Shown one piece after another: positions 36,566-48,784 of a DNA stretch of 64,000 nucleotides (positions are counted from its first letter, which is position 1; each line of letters begins with the position of its first letter). This DNA comes from Dimorphilus gyrociliatus. Its lineage: Eukaryota; Animalia; Annelida. Below the pieces are notes generated by a model. The model saw only the letters and a program-made list of their open reading frames with translations, was not told the DNA's origin and searched no databases. A program made the position numbers and the translations under genes. Location: assembly GCA_904063045.1 (NCBI GenBank), contig CAJFCJ010000007.1, positions 3,479,404 to 3,543,403 of the forward strand. The letters run 5' to 3'.

Positions 36566-39533
36566 ATGGGTATTTGCGTAGAGAGTCCTTTAAATTGTTT
36601 ATGCTTAAATAAGGACAGTAGCTACGTTGCGGTTGCAGGTAGAAAAGGTAAATATTATAATATCTCTTAAATTATGCTTAATAAAAGTTAACATTTTTCT
36701 TTCTTCCTTGTTCAAGTATTCAAGATTTACGCTCTCACTGAAGATACATTTGACGAATGTCATAATTTAAGAATTGGTAAAAATATTAATTTAAATTACT
36801 CCACTTTAGACGTTGTCTGGAATCAAAAAGACGGTAGGCGTTACTTTTTCTTCTTTTTTTTTCTGGTTTTGTTTAATCTAATAATTGATAGATCATATTT
36901 TGGCGTCTGCTGCAACAAATGGTACTGTAGTATTATGGAACTTGGGAAAGGTTTCAAGAGCTAAATTCGGTTAGTTGAGTTATTTAATAATAAACTAATT
37001 AATTAATGTTAATTAATATTAACTAATTAAATTAAATAGATAGAGCTTATAAGGCTCATAAGAGAACTGTAAATAAACTGGAATTTCATCCAAGGGAAGC
37101 TCACTATCTATTGAGCGGCGATCAAGAGGGTTTAATAAAATTATTTGTAAGTATTTTATCATTTTCAATTCTTAGACGTTAAATAGTCAATAATACTAAA
37201 TGATTTTCAATATAGGATATAAGATCTAAAGAAGCTAATCCATCGACAACAACGTTCAATAGTAAAGTTTCGCAAGGCGTTCGAGATGTTAAATTTAGTC
37301 CTCATTCGGATCATCAAATTGCAGCTGCATTTGATAACGGTTGCTTCCAAGTAAATATCGACTATCTTTTATCTATTATATTAGTTATTGTATTAAAATT
37401 ATAACGTAAAACAATATAGCTCTGGGATAGGAGGAATCCATCTAAACCTGAGAAAATTATTCCGTCCCATAATGGACCAATATTTAGCGTTGATTATCAC
37501 GCAAAAGAACCTTGGATAGCAACGGCCGGAAGAGATAAGTTTGTAGTTTGTTGTTGTTGATTGTTAATTGTTTTAAAGTCTATTATTTTTAAGATCCATA
37601 AAAGTTTGGAATGTTGCCGATGGTAGCTATAATTGTTTATATGCCGTACAAACAATTAGTCCAGTTTGGCATATAAAATGGAGACCTCAACGACAATATC
37701 ATTTAGCATCTTGCGCAAAAGTATTAGATTTCTCTATAAACGTTTGGGACGTTCAAAGACCTTTTATTCCTTTTGCTACATTCGAAAAGCACGTTGACGA
37801 AGTAACTGGTACGAAAATATAAAATAGAAACAATTTCATAATTTATTATTATCTTATCAATTTTTAATGATTCTCTTCTAGATATCGCCTTTAAAAATAA
37901 TAACGATATCGCTATATTATCCTGTAGTAAAGATGGTTATTTATATCAGCATGTATTTAAAGATGCTAGACGTCCTATTGAACGAGTTAATCAAGTCAGT
38001 ATAGATATTAGCGTTTCCGGTGATATTGCTAGAGCAGTTAGCGACGAATTCTTAAGAGGTATTCTATATTATTTTACTTATAAATATTCATAAATTAATT
38101 AATATTATTATCTTTCTCAATTTCCTATTGGTCGAAAATAAAGTTAGTAAAAGATCATCATCCTATTCGGCTGCAAAGTTTACAAGTGTATTTCGTAAAT
38201 CTAATGAGAAAATTGAAGAATTTAGTAATGCTCATTCATCAGTAGAAATCTTTATGCCTTCCAACAACTTGCCCGACGCTTCGATGGAATGGTTTGTCGA
38301 ATGCGCTAAAAAATATAGAATAACTGGTGGTAGTATAGAAGAAATGAGTAATCATAATGCTGTAGTTTCCGTTGAATTGGGAAGATATCACGTGATTATA
38401 TTCTATTATTTATTTTAGTTATAATTTGAAATATTTTTTATTTATTCTAGGTTGCTCAAACTTGGAGAATGTTGCAAGTTTTATATACGGCAGCTAGTAA
38501 TACACAGTCAATGAATTGTGCTAAAAGTGACGCTCTAGCTCTAAAAGAAACTGAAGGTAACTTACGATTTTTATATATAAATCTATTAAATACGTCTATA
38601 GGGGCGTTATGCTTATTTGTTTATTTTGTTTGAGCAGCAGTAACAAAGTTAATTCAAGAAAAATCAATTGACGAGAAGACAAACGAATCTATTCAGGTAT
38701 GTAGTACAGCCGAAAAGGAGAATTTGACTGGAGAAGAGTCGGATATGGATGAGAAGAGTAGGCTAGAGAATATGCTCTTAACGCAAATAGCTAGAGGAGT
38801 TGATCATAACGAATTAGAAGGATTTTGTTCGGAGAATACGGATATTGATAATTTCGATCTGGACGAAATGGAAAATCACGATTGGCCTATGCCAGTTGAA
38901 GGTATTAGTACTCGACACGAATTAGAGATGGGATCGGATTCGCTAGAAGGTTGCTTACAATCGAATCCCGTCTTAAACAATTGCGAAGAGATGATCTCCC
39001 ATCAAGTTATTGATCACGGTCTATTAAACGTACCAGATTTTACTAACTCGTTAATCTCTTGGGATTTTAGTGATTTTGTTCATTCAACGATGGAGTATTT
39101 CGTCGAACAAGGCGATGTTCAAACGGCCGTTTGTATTATGTTGGTCGTTGGCGATAAAGTGGAAGTTGATGATGTGAAAAAGTACAATTGGCTTATGTCA
39201 TATGTAGACCTACTCAGTCAAATGAAATTATATATTGAAGCAACAAGGGTTATGAGAGCTAGCTCATTGGAGGACGTTTCAACACTGAACTGCACATCGA
39301 CTACTTATCTTTCAACTTGTGCAAGATGTGGTAAAAACATTACAAAAACTGGTTGGTTCTGTGTTAAATGTCCAAGAGTAGTAACGTGCGTTGTTTGCCA
39401 TCAACCAGTCAAAGGTCTATTTGCCTGGTGTCAAGGCTGTGCTCACGGTGGCCATATTAATCATATGCGGGAATGGTTCTCATCGAGGAGACAATGTCCT
39501 GCAGGTTGCGGTCATTTATGCGAATACATATAG
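36566..39533 (+). CDS. WDR24: GATOR2 subunit WDR24 (WD40 repeats + C-terminal zinc-binding domain)
   Basis: VAVAGRK|[33 protein letters not shown], and the C-terminal [31 protein letters not shown]...[11 protein letters not shown]. Confidence 0.95.
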
Positions 39534-39600
39534 GAAGATACAAATTATTAAATATTAACAGATTTATTATTATTAATGAAAAGGAAACGCCTACAAAGTT

Positions 39601-40299
39601 CTAATTTTTCTTGTCAGCCTTTAAAGAATTGCTAGATTTATCGTTAAAGTCAATCCAAGATCTTATATAATCAGGACAGTCCATTTTTAATTCTTCTTCC
39701 GGAAGATTTTCTAATTGTTTTAGAATTTCTAGTGGTGAAATCTTACGAACTGAAACTTTAACGTACGCAACGGCACTTGTGAAATTGTCTTTTAATGATA
39801 CAAACTTTTGTTCAACATAGAAACTCTTATCGTCGAAATAGACTAGTTTCGTAATTATTTCGTACTTTTCCCAATATTGAAGTGATCTCCTATAGCGGAT
39901 TGTAGACCCTGCCACTGAAAGTATAGCTTGTTTCGCTAATTTCTTCATTGAATGATATATACCTTTTTTTTTTTAAAAAAAAAAAAAGAACAAAAAAGAA
40001 AGAAAAATTAAACGCTTATTAAAATATTGTTTCTATACCTTACCAGTTGAATAAAAGAAGCTTATTCTAGAGAAATCCATATGCCATAGGTATCTACTAT
40101 TGTTCATGTGTAGAAAGATATCTAAATCTCTAAGACCTACTTGCCCCTTCCATTTAAGAGAATTTTTAATGGACTTGTTAAGACTTCTCTTCATAGAGAA
40201 AGTTAATAAAAGACATTGCCAAAGATATTGTAAGTCGAATAAATGATATAAAACAATACCAATTAATGGTAATACAACTTTGTAGCTTATTTCAATCAT
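39601..40299 (-). CDS. THEM6: THEM6-like hotdog-fold thioesterase, copy 1 (2 exons)
   Basis: VGLRDLDIFLHMNNSRYL; STIRYRRSL...FDDKSFYVEQKFVS. Intron at 39963-40043. Confidence 0.85.
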
Positions 40300-40683
40300 T
40301 CTTTTTTAACTCTTTTTTTTATAAGTACATAGGGTCACCGGAAACCGGATGTAGAATTTTTTCATCAAGACATCACGTGACACGTCGAAGAATAAAATTT
40401 AAATCTATATATCTGTATTATGTAACTATGATAAAATATACTGATTTAATTTAAATGAAACTTGATCGTTTTACAATTGTGTTGTTTTTACAATAAAAGC
40501 AGGAATGGACGAATAGAACCTCGTTTTGAGTATATTGTTAATAATAATACGATTCGATTTATTCTATAGTTTAAAAGTCGTCTTTTAAGAAAAATACATT
40601 TATTTTAAGAATAAATTAGATAGATTGATAAATAGATAGACAAACAAACTAACTAATTTACTAATTAATAAACATTTAATCAT

Positions 40684-41356
40684 TTATTCAATGCTCTTTT
40701 TTAAAGATTGACTGGAATGTTCTTGGAATTCCATCCAAGATTTTAAAGCTTTTGGACATTCCAACTGTAATTCGTCCTCCGATACTTTAAGGTAAGATTT
40801 AAACACGTCAATTGGCTTTACTTTAACAAACGCCAACTTAAGATAGGCAATCGAACTAATAAACTCATCTTTCTCTGATATAAATTTATGTTCCATATAA
40901 ACGTTCTTTTCGTCGAAATAAGCTATTCTTGATACTATTCTATATTTTTCAAACAACTGTAAAGATCTTCTATAACGAATTGTGGAACTTGCCGCCACTA
41001 TATAACCATTCTTGTTGAATTTATACAATTCCAAATTTAGGCCTAGAATTTTCAAAATTTCAAAATTTATTAATAAGCTTAAATTTTTTCTTACCGGAAG
41101 TGATAAAGAATATTGCTCTAGAGGCGTCCAAGTACCATAGATATCTGGCATTGTTCATATGAAAATAACTATCCAAATCTCTCAAACCGACCCGACGTTT
41201 CACAACTAGCGTCTCCTTAATCGTTCGAAGTAAAAATTCATTTTTCTTTGAAAAGTACTTAATACGTATAAATTGGAAAAACCATTGTATATCAATGAAA
41301 TGATAAAGAAAGCAACCAAACACTGGAATTAATACTTTGTAGTTTACCTCAATCAT
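40684..41356 (-). CDS. THEM6: THEM6-like thioesterase, copy 2
   Basis: RVGLRDLDSYFHMNNARYL; STIRYRRSL. Same single phase-1 intron. Confidence 0.85.
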
Positions 41357-41873
41357 AGCTAAACTTGAAGAGAAACTGGGATGGGGTCACCGGAAATCGG
41401 AAGTGAGGTAGAGACGGAATAGAGGGAATCACGTGATCATTTGAATATGATTTCAAAGAGGGAAAACAAGAGATAACAGCTACAATAATTTTATTCTCGT
41501 TGTCATTGGTTGATATCGTTTTCTTTATTTAATAAATCAATAGGAACTCCAAGAAAGCAGGCTAAATTGATTCGTTGAGTTCTAAAAACTAAAGCTACGA
41601 GATTAGCAACGAAATAAGAATGCAAGGAAAAATAACAGTATAAACTATCTTCTTAACCTTTGACCTATTATAGGAGTAAATTTTATGAATAATTAGATGA
41701 GATTCTTTATTGTAATTCATTTAATTTAATATTTCTTGACCTATACCCTTAAGAGAAAGGGAAACCCGTTTTAAACATTGATCTATTGAAAGTCCCTTCC
41801 ACCCACCTCTCCATCCATTCATCTACCTACTCGTACACTGTACTGGGATAAAATCTAGCCACCTTTTATCGTT

Positions 41874-42553
41874 CTATCTCCATTCTTTTCCAAAATATTG
41901 AGTTGGAAGCTCATTAAACTCTACCCAGGATTTTAAGTGCCTGGGACAATCTAGCTCAACTTCTTCCTCCGACAATCCGAAATGATACTGCAGTACTTCT
42001 TTTGGTTTTAAGCCTATAAAAGTTCCTTTTACATAGGCAAGAGCGCTGATGAAGTCGTCCTTTTCCGAAATGAACATTTGTTCAATATACATGTTCTTCT
42101 CATCATAGAAAATCAATTTCGACACAATCCGATAACATTCCCTATATTGTAGAGATCTTCTATAACGAATAGTAGCTCCTCCCATTACAATATAAGCATT
42201 CTCATTCAATTTTTTCACAGTCTTATTCAGACCTTAAAAGATTTTCAAACTTAATTTAAACATTTAACTATTTTGAAATTTGTTCTCTTACCGGAAGTGA
42301 AAAAGTATTGGTATCCAGCGGCGTTTAAATGCCACATATATCTAGCATTGTTCATATGAAGGTAAACATCTAAATCTCTTAATCCGACTTGCTCTTTTAT
42401 TTCAAGAGTATCTTCAAATTTTTTAAGATAATACCTTTCCTTTTTATTGAATAGTTTCATATATAGAATTCTTATAAACCATTGTAAATCCAAGTAATGA
42501 TATAGTATACAACCAATAGCTGGAAAAATTATTTTATAACCTAATTCAATCAT
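41874..42553 (-). CDS. THEM6: THEM6-like thioesterase, copy 3
   Basis: VGLRDLDVYLHMNNARYM; ATIRYRRSL. Confidence 0.85.
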
Positions 42554-42746
42554 AGTAGCGTTTCGAATAAAATTGGGATGCGGGTCACCGGAAACCGGAA
42601 AGTTAGGTACAGCAATTTAAATCACGTGATCAAAGTGGGAATATTTGAACAGAGAAAAGTTTTGACGTTTCATATGTTCAATTGAATGCTATATTGAATG
42701 AATGAATAAATAAATACAGTATGTACAACATATATAGGTCATAACG

Positions 42747-43435
42747 CTATTTAATGTTGTTGTTTAATGATTGCCGAGAGTTTTCATTGAATTCTAACCA
42801 GGCCTCCAAATATTTGGGACATTTTAATTCAAGCTCTTTTTCATTCGCTCCAAAATGTAGTTTAAGTATATCTATTGGTTTAACTCTTAAAAGTGCCGCC
42901 TTGACGTAAGCTATTGAACTGACAAAGTTATCTCTCTCCGAAATGAACTTTTGTTCAACATACATATTCTTTTCGTCGTAGTATACCAGTTTTGATGATA
43001 TTGTATAGTTTTCTCTATATTTTAAGGATCTCCTATGATGGATTGTTGAACCAGCTACCAAAGCAATTGCTTTCTTATCCAACTTAAACATTGTTTTATC
43101 CAGACCTTTATTTTTTTTATTTAAGATGATCATTTAATTAAACAACTTTGTTTCTTCTTATAAAAGATAATACCTGATGAGAAAAAGAATTCGTATCTTG
43201 AAGCGTCCATATGCCATAAATATCTGGATGTGTTCATACGGAAGAAAATATCTAAATCTTTTAGGCCTACTCTCTTTTTTACTTCTAGGCTATCTTCTAA
43301 GTTTTCAACCGATACTTGTCGAGGCTTAGTAAATAGTTTTAAGAATATGGTTCTTGAGAACCAAGGCAAATCGAAAAAATGATACGCCAAAATGGCAGAA
43401 GCCGGTAAAACAAATTTCAAACTCGACTCTATCAT
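42747..43435 (-). CDS. THEM6: THEM6-like thioesterase, copy 4 (divergent RMNT in place of HMNN)
   Basis: ATG at 43435 (MIESSLKFV...); RVGLKDLDIFFRMNTSRYL; STIHHRRSL. Confidence 0.82.
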
Positions 43436-43544
43436 AGTTTTTAGCGTTCTACATTTATAGGATGAGGTCACCGGAAATCGGAAGTGAAATTTTCTTGTGA
43501 CGGTCACGTGACTATATTTGATTATTCTTTTTTTTTTATTATCT

Positions 43545-44234
43545 TTAAAATTTCTCACTATTTCGTAATTGTTGAGATGAAAGTTCATTAAAATTCAACC
43601 ACGATTTTAATTGTTTTGAACAGTCTAATTGAACTTCTTTATCGTTAAGTTGAAAATGAAGTTTAAGTAAATCAATTGGTTTAAGATTTACTAAAGCTCC
43701 TTTTGAATACGCAATAGCACTAACAAAGTTATCCTTTTCGGAAATGAACTTTTGTTCAATATAAATGTTCTTTTCGTCGTAGTAAGCTAACTTTGTAGAT
43801 AATTTATAAGTTTCTCTATATTCTAATGACCTTCTGTAACGGATGGTGGTACCCGCCCCCAAAAGAAAGCTATCTTTATTTAGTTTCTTCATCGAATCGT
43901 ATAGTCCTAGAAGGAGGGAAAGGAAACACATATAGTTTAAGATATATAAAAAATAGGCCTATCTTTTGTCTTTATTACCTGTTGATACAAGAAATTTATT
44001 TCTTGACAAGTCCATGTGCCATAAATATCTTGCGTTGTTCATATGAAAGAAAATGTCCAAATCTCGAAGACTAACTTTTCTCTTATCAATAAAACTATCA
44101 TTTATAGACTTTAAAGAATGTTTATTGCTGAATACTTTTAAATACATGAATCTGGAAAACCAATGAACATCTATAAAATGATAGAGTAAGGTTCCAGTTG
44201 CTGGAACAAGAAATTTATAACCCAATTCCAACAT
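43545..44234 (-). CDS. THEM6: THEM6-like thioesterase, copy 5
   Basis: VSLRDLDIFFHMNNARYL; TTIRYRRSL. Confidence 0.85.
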
Positions 44235-44390
44235 TATCGCGCGTTTAAAGTAATAAGAAAACTAGGATGAGGTTACCGGAAGTCGGAAGTAGTAGTATGG
44301 TTGTAGAAATCATGTGATCATTTTCAAAATTAAAGAAAAGATTAAGTTTTTATCAAGTATTTTTCGAAAATAGGTATTATTTATTGGATA

Positions 44391-45081
44391 TTAATTTGAA
44401 GTTTTAGCAGCTTTCAACATATTACTGGATTTATTAATATATTCTATCCAATCTTTTAAATCTTCTGGACATTCCATCTTAAGTTGATCTTCTGGTAGAT
44501 TTGTAATTTCTTTCAAAGCTTCTAAAGGTGTTAAAACTGGTAAAGCTATTTTAGCATAAGCAGTAGCACTAAGAAAACCATCTTTATCCGATACAAAATT
44601 GTGTTGAATATATATGTTTCTATCGTCAAAGTACTTCATATTTGAAATAATACTATATTTTTCCATAAAAGCTAATGATCTTCTATATCTAATTGTACTT
44701 GATGCCAATAAGAAATGCGGTTTAATTGACTTTTGCTTAAGTAGATCATAAATTCCTGGATGGAACATTTTTTAAAGTTATAACAACATATTATCATTTA
44801 AATATATCTTTACCCATTTCGAATACATGGAATACTCTGACAAAATCCAAATTCCATAGATATCTTGCATTGTTCATGTGAAGATAAATGTCCAAGTCTC
44901 TTAAACCTACTCGGCGTTTTAGTACTGTCGAGTCTTTAAATGACATTTTATTAGCTTGTTTCCTGGATAATCTAAATTTATTTATTAGTGAAAGACATCT
45001 CAATGCATAATGTACATCAAAAAAATGATAGGTTGCCAAGCCTATTACAGGTGTTGCAAACTTTAAGCCATATTCAAACAT
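44391..45081 (-). CDS. THEM6: THEM6-like thioesterase, copy 6
   Basis: RVGLRDLDIYLHMNNARYL; STIRYRRSL. Confidence 0.85.
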
Positions 45082-45545
45082 TTTCCAAATTATATCTTCG
45101 GTCGAAACTAGGATGCGGGTTCACGGGAAGTTAACAGTCCTGCAGTAAATATATAGAATGTCACGTGATCAAGTTTAAAAATTATATAGTTTATAGATAT
45201 ACTCTATATACTGTATATCTTATACTAAAGCATAATAATGACAAAGAAGACGATTGAAATGATATACTAATAAAAGTAATAGTATTTATTTATTCAAATT
45301 TATAGAACATATAGATCTTATTGAAATAGAACATTTAAAAAAAATACCACTTTTTTTAATATTACTTAGTTCATTATTGTTCTTTTACAAAATAAATATT
45401 AAAGACACTTTAAATAATTAGAACAAAAATAGTTAGAAAAGAAAGATTTTATAATGAACGCAGGAAGAAAAAAAAGATTATGGCAGTTATAAGATAAAAT
45501 GGCATATTTTCCTCTAAAGATGATATTCTTCAGGTAGATGTTTTG

Positions 45546-45727
<182 letters not shown>

Positions 45728-45747
45728 AAACCTTCATTGTTGTTTAC

Positions 45748-47535
45748 TTATTCGGATATTGATTTTGTTATAACATTAGCTTGTTCTTTAGCTTTTAAGA
45801 TTCTAGATATTCTCCTTAAAGGTAAGCAGATTATTCCTGCCATGGCTAGAGTAGCTCCAGCCAGGACGAACGAAGGTGTATATGACTTTGTAGCGTCGAA
45901 TAAAGCTCCTGTAAAAAAATTTCACAAACACAGCTATATGATATACTGTTCCAATGCCTATTCTGGAAGAGGATTACTTGTTAATTAATGCTTGTTCTTA
46001 CCTGCTGCAGGTGCTCCAATAAAGGAGCTAATACCTTGGCACATAGTAACTAGACCAAATGCATTGGTTAATTTATCTAAGCCTATAAGGTCAACCATGA
46101 TAATGGAACGCAACGACACGAAAACAGCTGAAGGAATGAAAAGATAAATGAAAAGAGACAGACCGACCTTAGATTAATTTTACCTATGCACATTCCAAAT
46201 ATCGACGATACAAGGCACATTGACCAATAAGTCGTACAGAGAGGTATCATCATTGTTGCAGTTCCACCAATTATTAATGCTATATTATTAATCAATAAAC
46301 TATCTGCCCACGGTTGATCGGAGATCCAACCACAAAGTACCCTGCTAATTGTGTTGGCAATACCAATAATTGATATTAAGAATGATCCCTTAGATTTAGA
46401 TACGCCATTTTCAACAGCATAATCAATCAGGTATGTAAAAGGAATAAAGAAACCTAAAATAAAAGCAATTAGCTAGTAAAAAGCAATCCGATAGATGGCC
46501 TTATTAAAGTAATCTTACCAAACATGCACAAGAAGCAGCTAATCCCATATATTTTGAAAACGGGATTGAGTAACAATGAAAAATCCATAGTCTACAAATA
46601 AAGTAACACAATTAAGTAATTCGTTTGAAGGATGTGCTCTGTTCAATAAAAATCTTACCTGTTTCATTGATGCAAGAAAGCTACTGCAATATTTTGAACA
46701 GCCGCTACTCTTTTCTAAATCTTCTTGTACTTTTACAGCTTCAAGATCAAATTTATCCTCATTCTGATTTAAACTTTTAAGACTACCACTGTTTTCGTTT
46801 TTGATTGTAAAGAAAGAGAGAAAAATAAATAATCATAATTAATTAATTTAGAATCATTTTGGAAATTACTAATTTCGAGCTTGCCTGTAAAATCTATCTT
46901 TCCGATAAAGCATTTTAGTCTTATCTCCATTAATCTGATAAACAGAGAACATATAAAATTAATTGTAATTGAAAATATATAGATAAGACATTAGATTATA
47001 TGAACTACTAACAAGGGAATCTTTAAGTATTAAATCATCCATACTCTTGCAATACTTTGCGCATTCTGGCGATTTTACATTGCATATTTCTTGGTAGCTT
47101 CTATTTAAATATTTATTCCTTTCGGATTGTGAGCAACCGTTTATATGAATTCCATTAGAATCATTATTTTTTAAATTATCTTTTTCCTTTTTCATCTTAA
47201 CCTAGATTTTTAGAATAAACAAGAATTATTTAAAGAAATATTAATAGGGAGAAAACCTCTAAAGGACGGAATAAAGCTCCACAAACAAGTCCATTTAAGA
47301 CGACACCGGATATTATAATAGTTGCTCCCTTCCATCCATAATTACTTATCAATGCATTACATAGAGGAGAAAATATAAATCCTCCTATCCCTGAACCGCA
47401 AACTGCAACACCTGTAAGAGAGTTTTAAAACAAATCTAATTGCAAAATAGAGACAAGAAACATAATAATGAGAAGAAGAATAAGGAATAAATTTGAATCA
47501 TATGGAAAAAGATCTTTTTTCCATTTCTTCAATCA

Positions 47536-47571
<36 letters not shown>

Positions 47572-47809
47572 ATCTGTCTTCGTTTGCTATTTATGGCTAA
47601 AAGTGTTAAATTTCTTTTCAAAATAATGTCACTTGGTGCAGAATGAAATTATTATAGGGATTTTTTATTTTGTTCTATCATGGTATAAGGGGTTAATTAA
47701 AGGAGTTTCTGTAAAATGAGAATCGTGGAAAAGACTAATACTATTTCTTTTGTTTTTTTGTTTTACAGTAAAACTTTTACAAGGTTATAATGATAACAGT
47801 TGTTACTCT

Positions 47810-47847
<38 letters not shown>

Positions 47848-48784
47848 CGATATATTATCAATAATTGAATAACTTATCAAGAATACGCCTAATTTGAACT
47901 CGGTTGTTCTCTTAATACTTTTTTATTTTTCTGTTCAAGCTAACTATCTTTCTTTTCGTCCCTCTCTACGCCTGTCTGTTTGTCTCACTGTCTGTCAATC
48001 AAATTTTTGGTATAGAAATTTTATGTACCTGTTGCTAGAGCTCTTCTCTTTTCAAAGTAATAACCAACCATAACTATAGATGGTAAATACATTAAACCAA
48101 AGCCAAAACCTGTAAATGCAATATGAGTAATAAAATAGACCTATTTTATTTCTATTAATTCTCTTACCTCCCAATGCACCAAAGGTCACAATCAGTACAT
48201 TAATATTTGGACTAAAAGTCGAAAGAATAAATGCAATTGTTGATACTATACTCCCAATTATTGTTACTCTCCTACAACCGAATTTATTAGCGAGAGCACT
48301 AACAAGTGGACCTGAAACATAAAATCTTGTTGAAATATATAATTTATAGATATAAATGTATGTAATCATATATAATTAGAATAGAAAGAAAAGATGGAAA
48401 ATTTGTAAATTACCCATAGATAAATACATCCCATTTAACACACTTCCAACAACAGATGTTTTTCCCTTAGATTCCTGATTTTTTTGTAAGAAATTTAATT
48501 TAACAGTTAATTTATAGATGTAATTCTTACCTGGAAATACTCTAGGAATTGAATATAGAATATTCCGAATGAAAAGCAAACACCATCAACAATAAGATTA
48601 ATTATAAAACTAGAAAACATAATAACCCATCCAAATCTGAGTGAATAGAAGGAAAAAAACATATATAGGTGATTATATAAATATCTATAAGACATCTATA
48701 TAAATATTACCCCCCATCCGGTGGTACTGGAAGCTCTGATAAATTTTCCTCTCTTTCCTCATCCTTATTCGCTTTCGAACTCAT
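45748..48784 (-). CDS. Monocarboxylate transporter (SLC16/MCT family, MCT12/14-like), multi-exon
   Basis: LPVPPDGG|[71 protein letters not shown]. The last exon ends ...KSISE*. Confidence 0.9.

Larger units (their letters stand above)
40332..45168 (-). promoter_or_regulatory. Six copies of a conserved THEM6 promoter module: TCA(C/T)GTGA E-box about 40 bp upstream of a GGT(C/T)ACCGGAAnnCGGAAG ETS-like element
   Basis: ETS-like parts at ~40332, 41384, 42582, 43464, 44269 and 45116. E-boxes at 40373, 41429, 42622, 43504, 44310 (TCATGTGA) and 45161. Confidence 0.8.
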
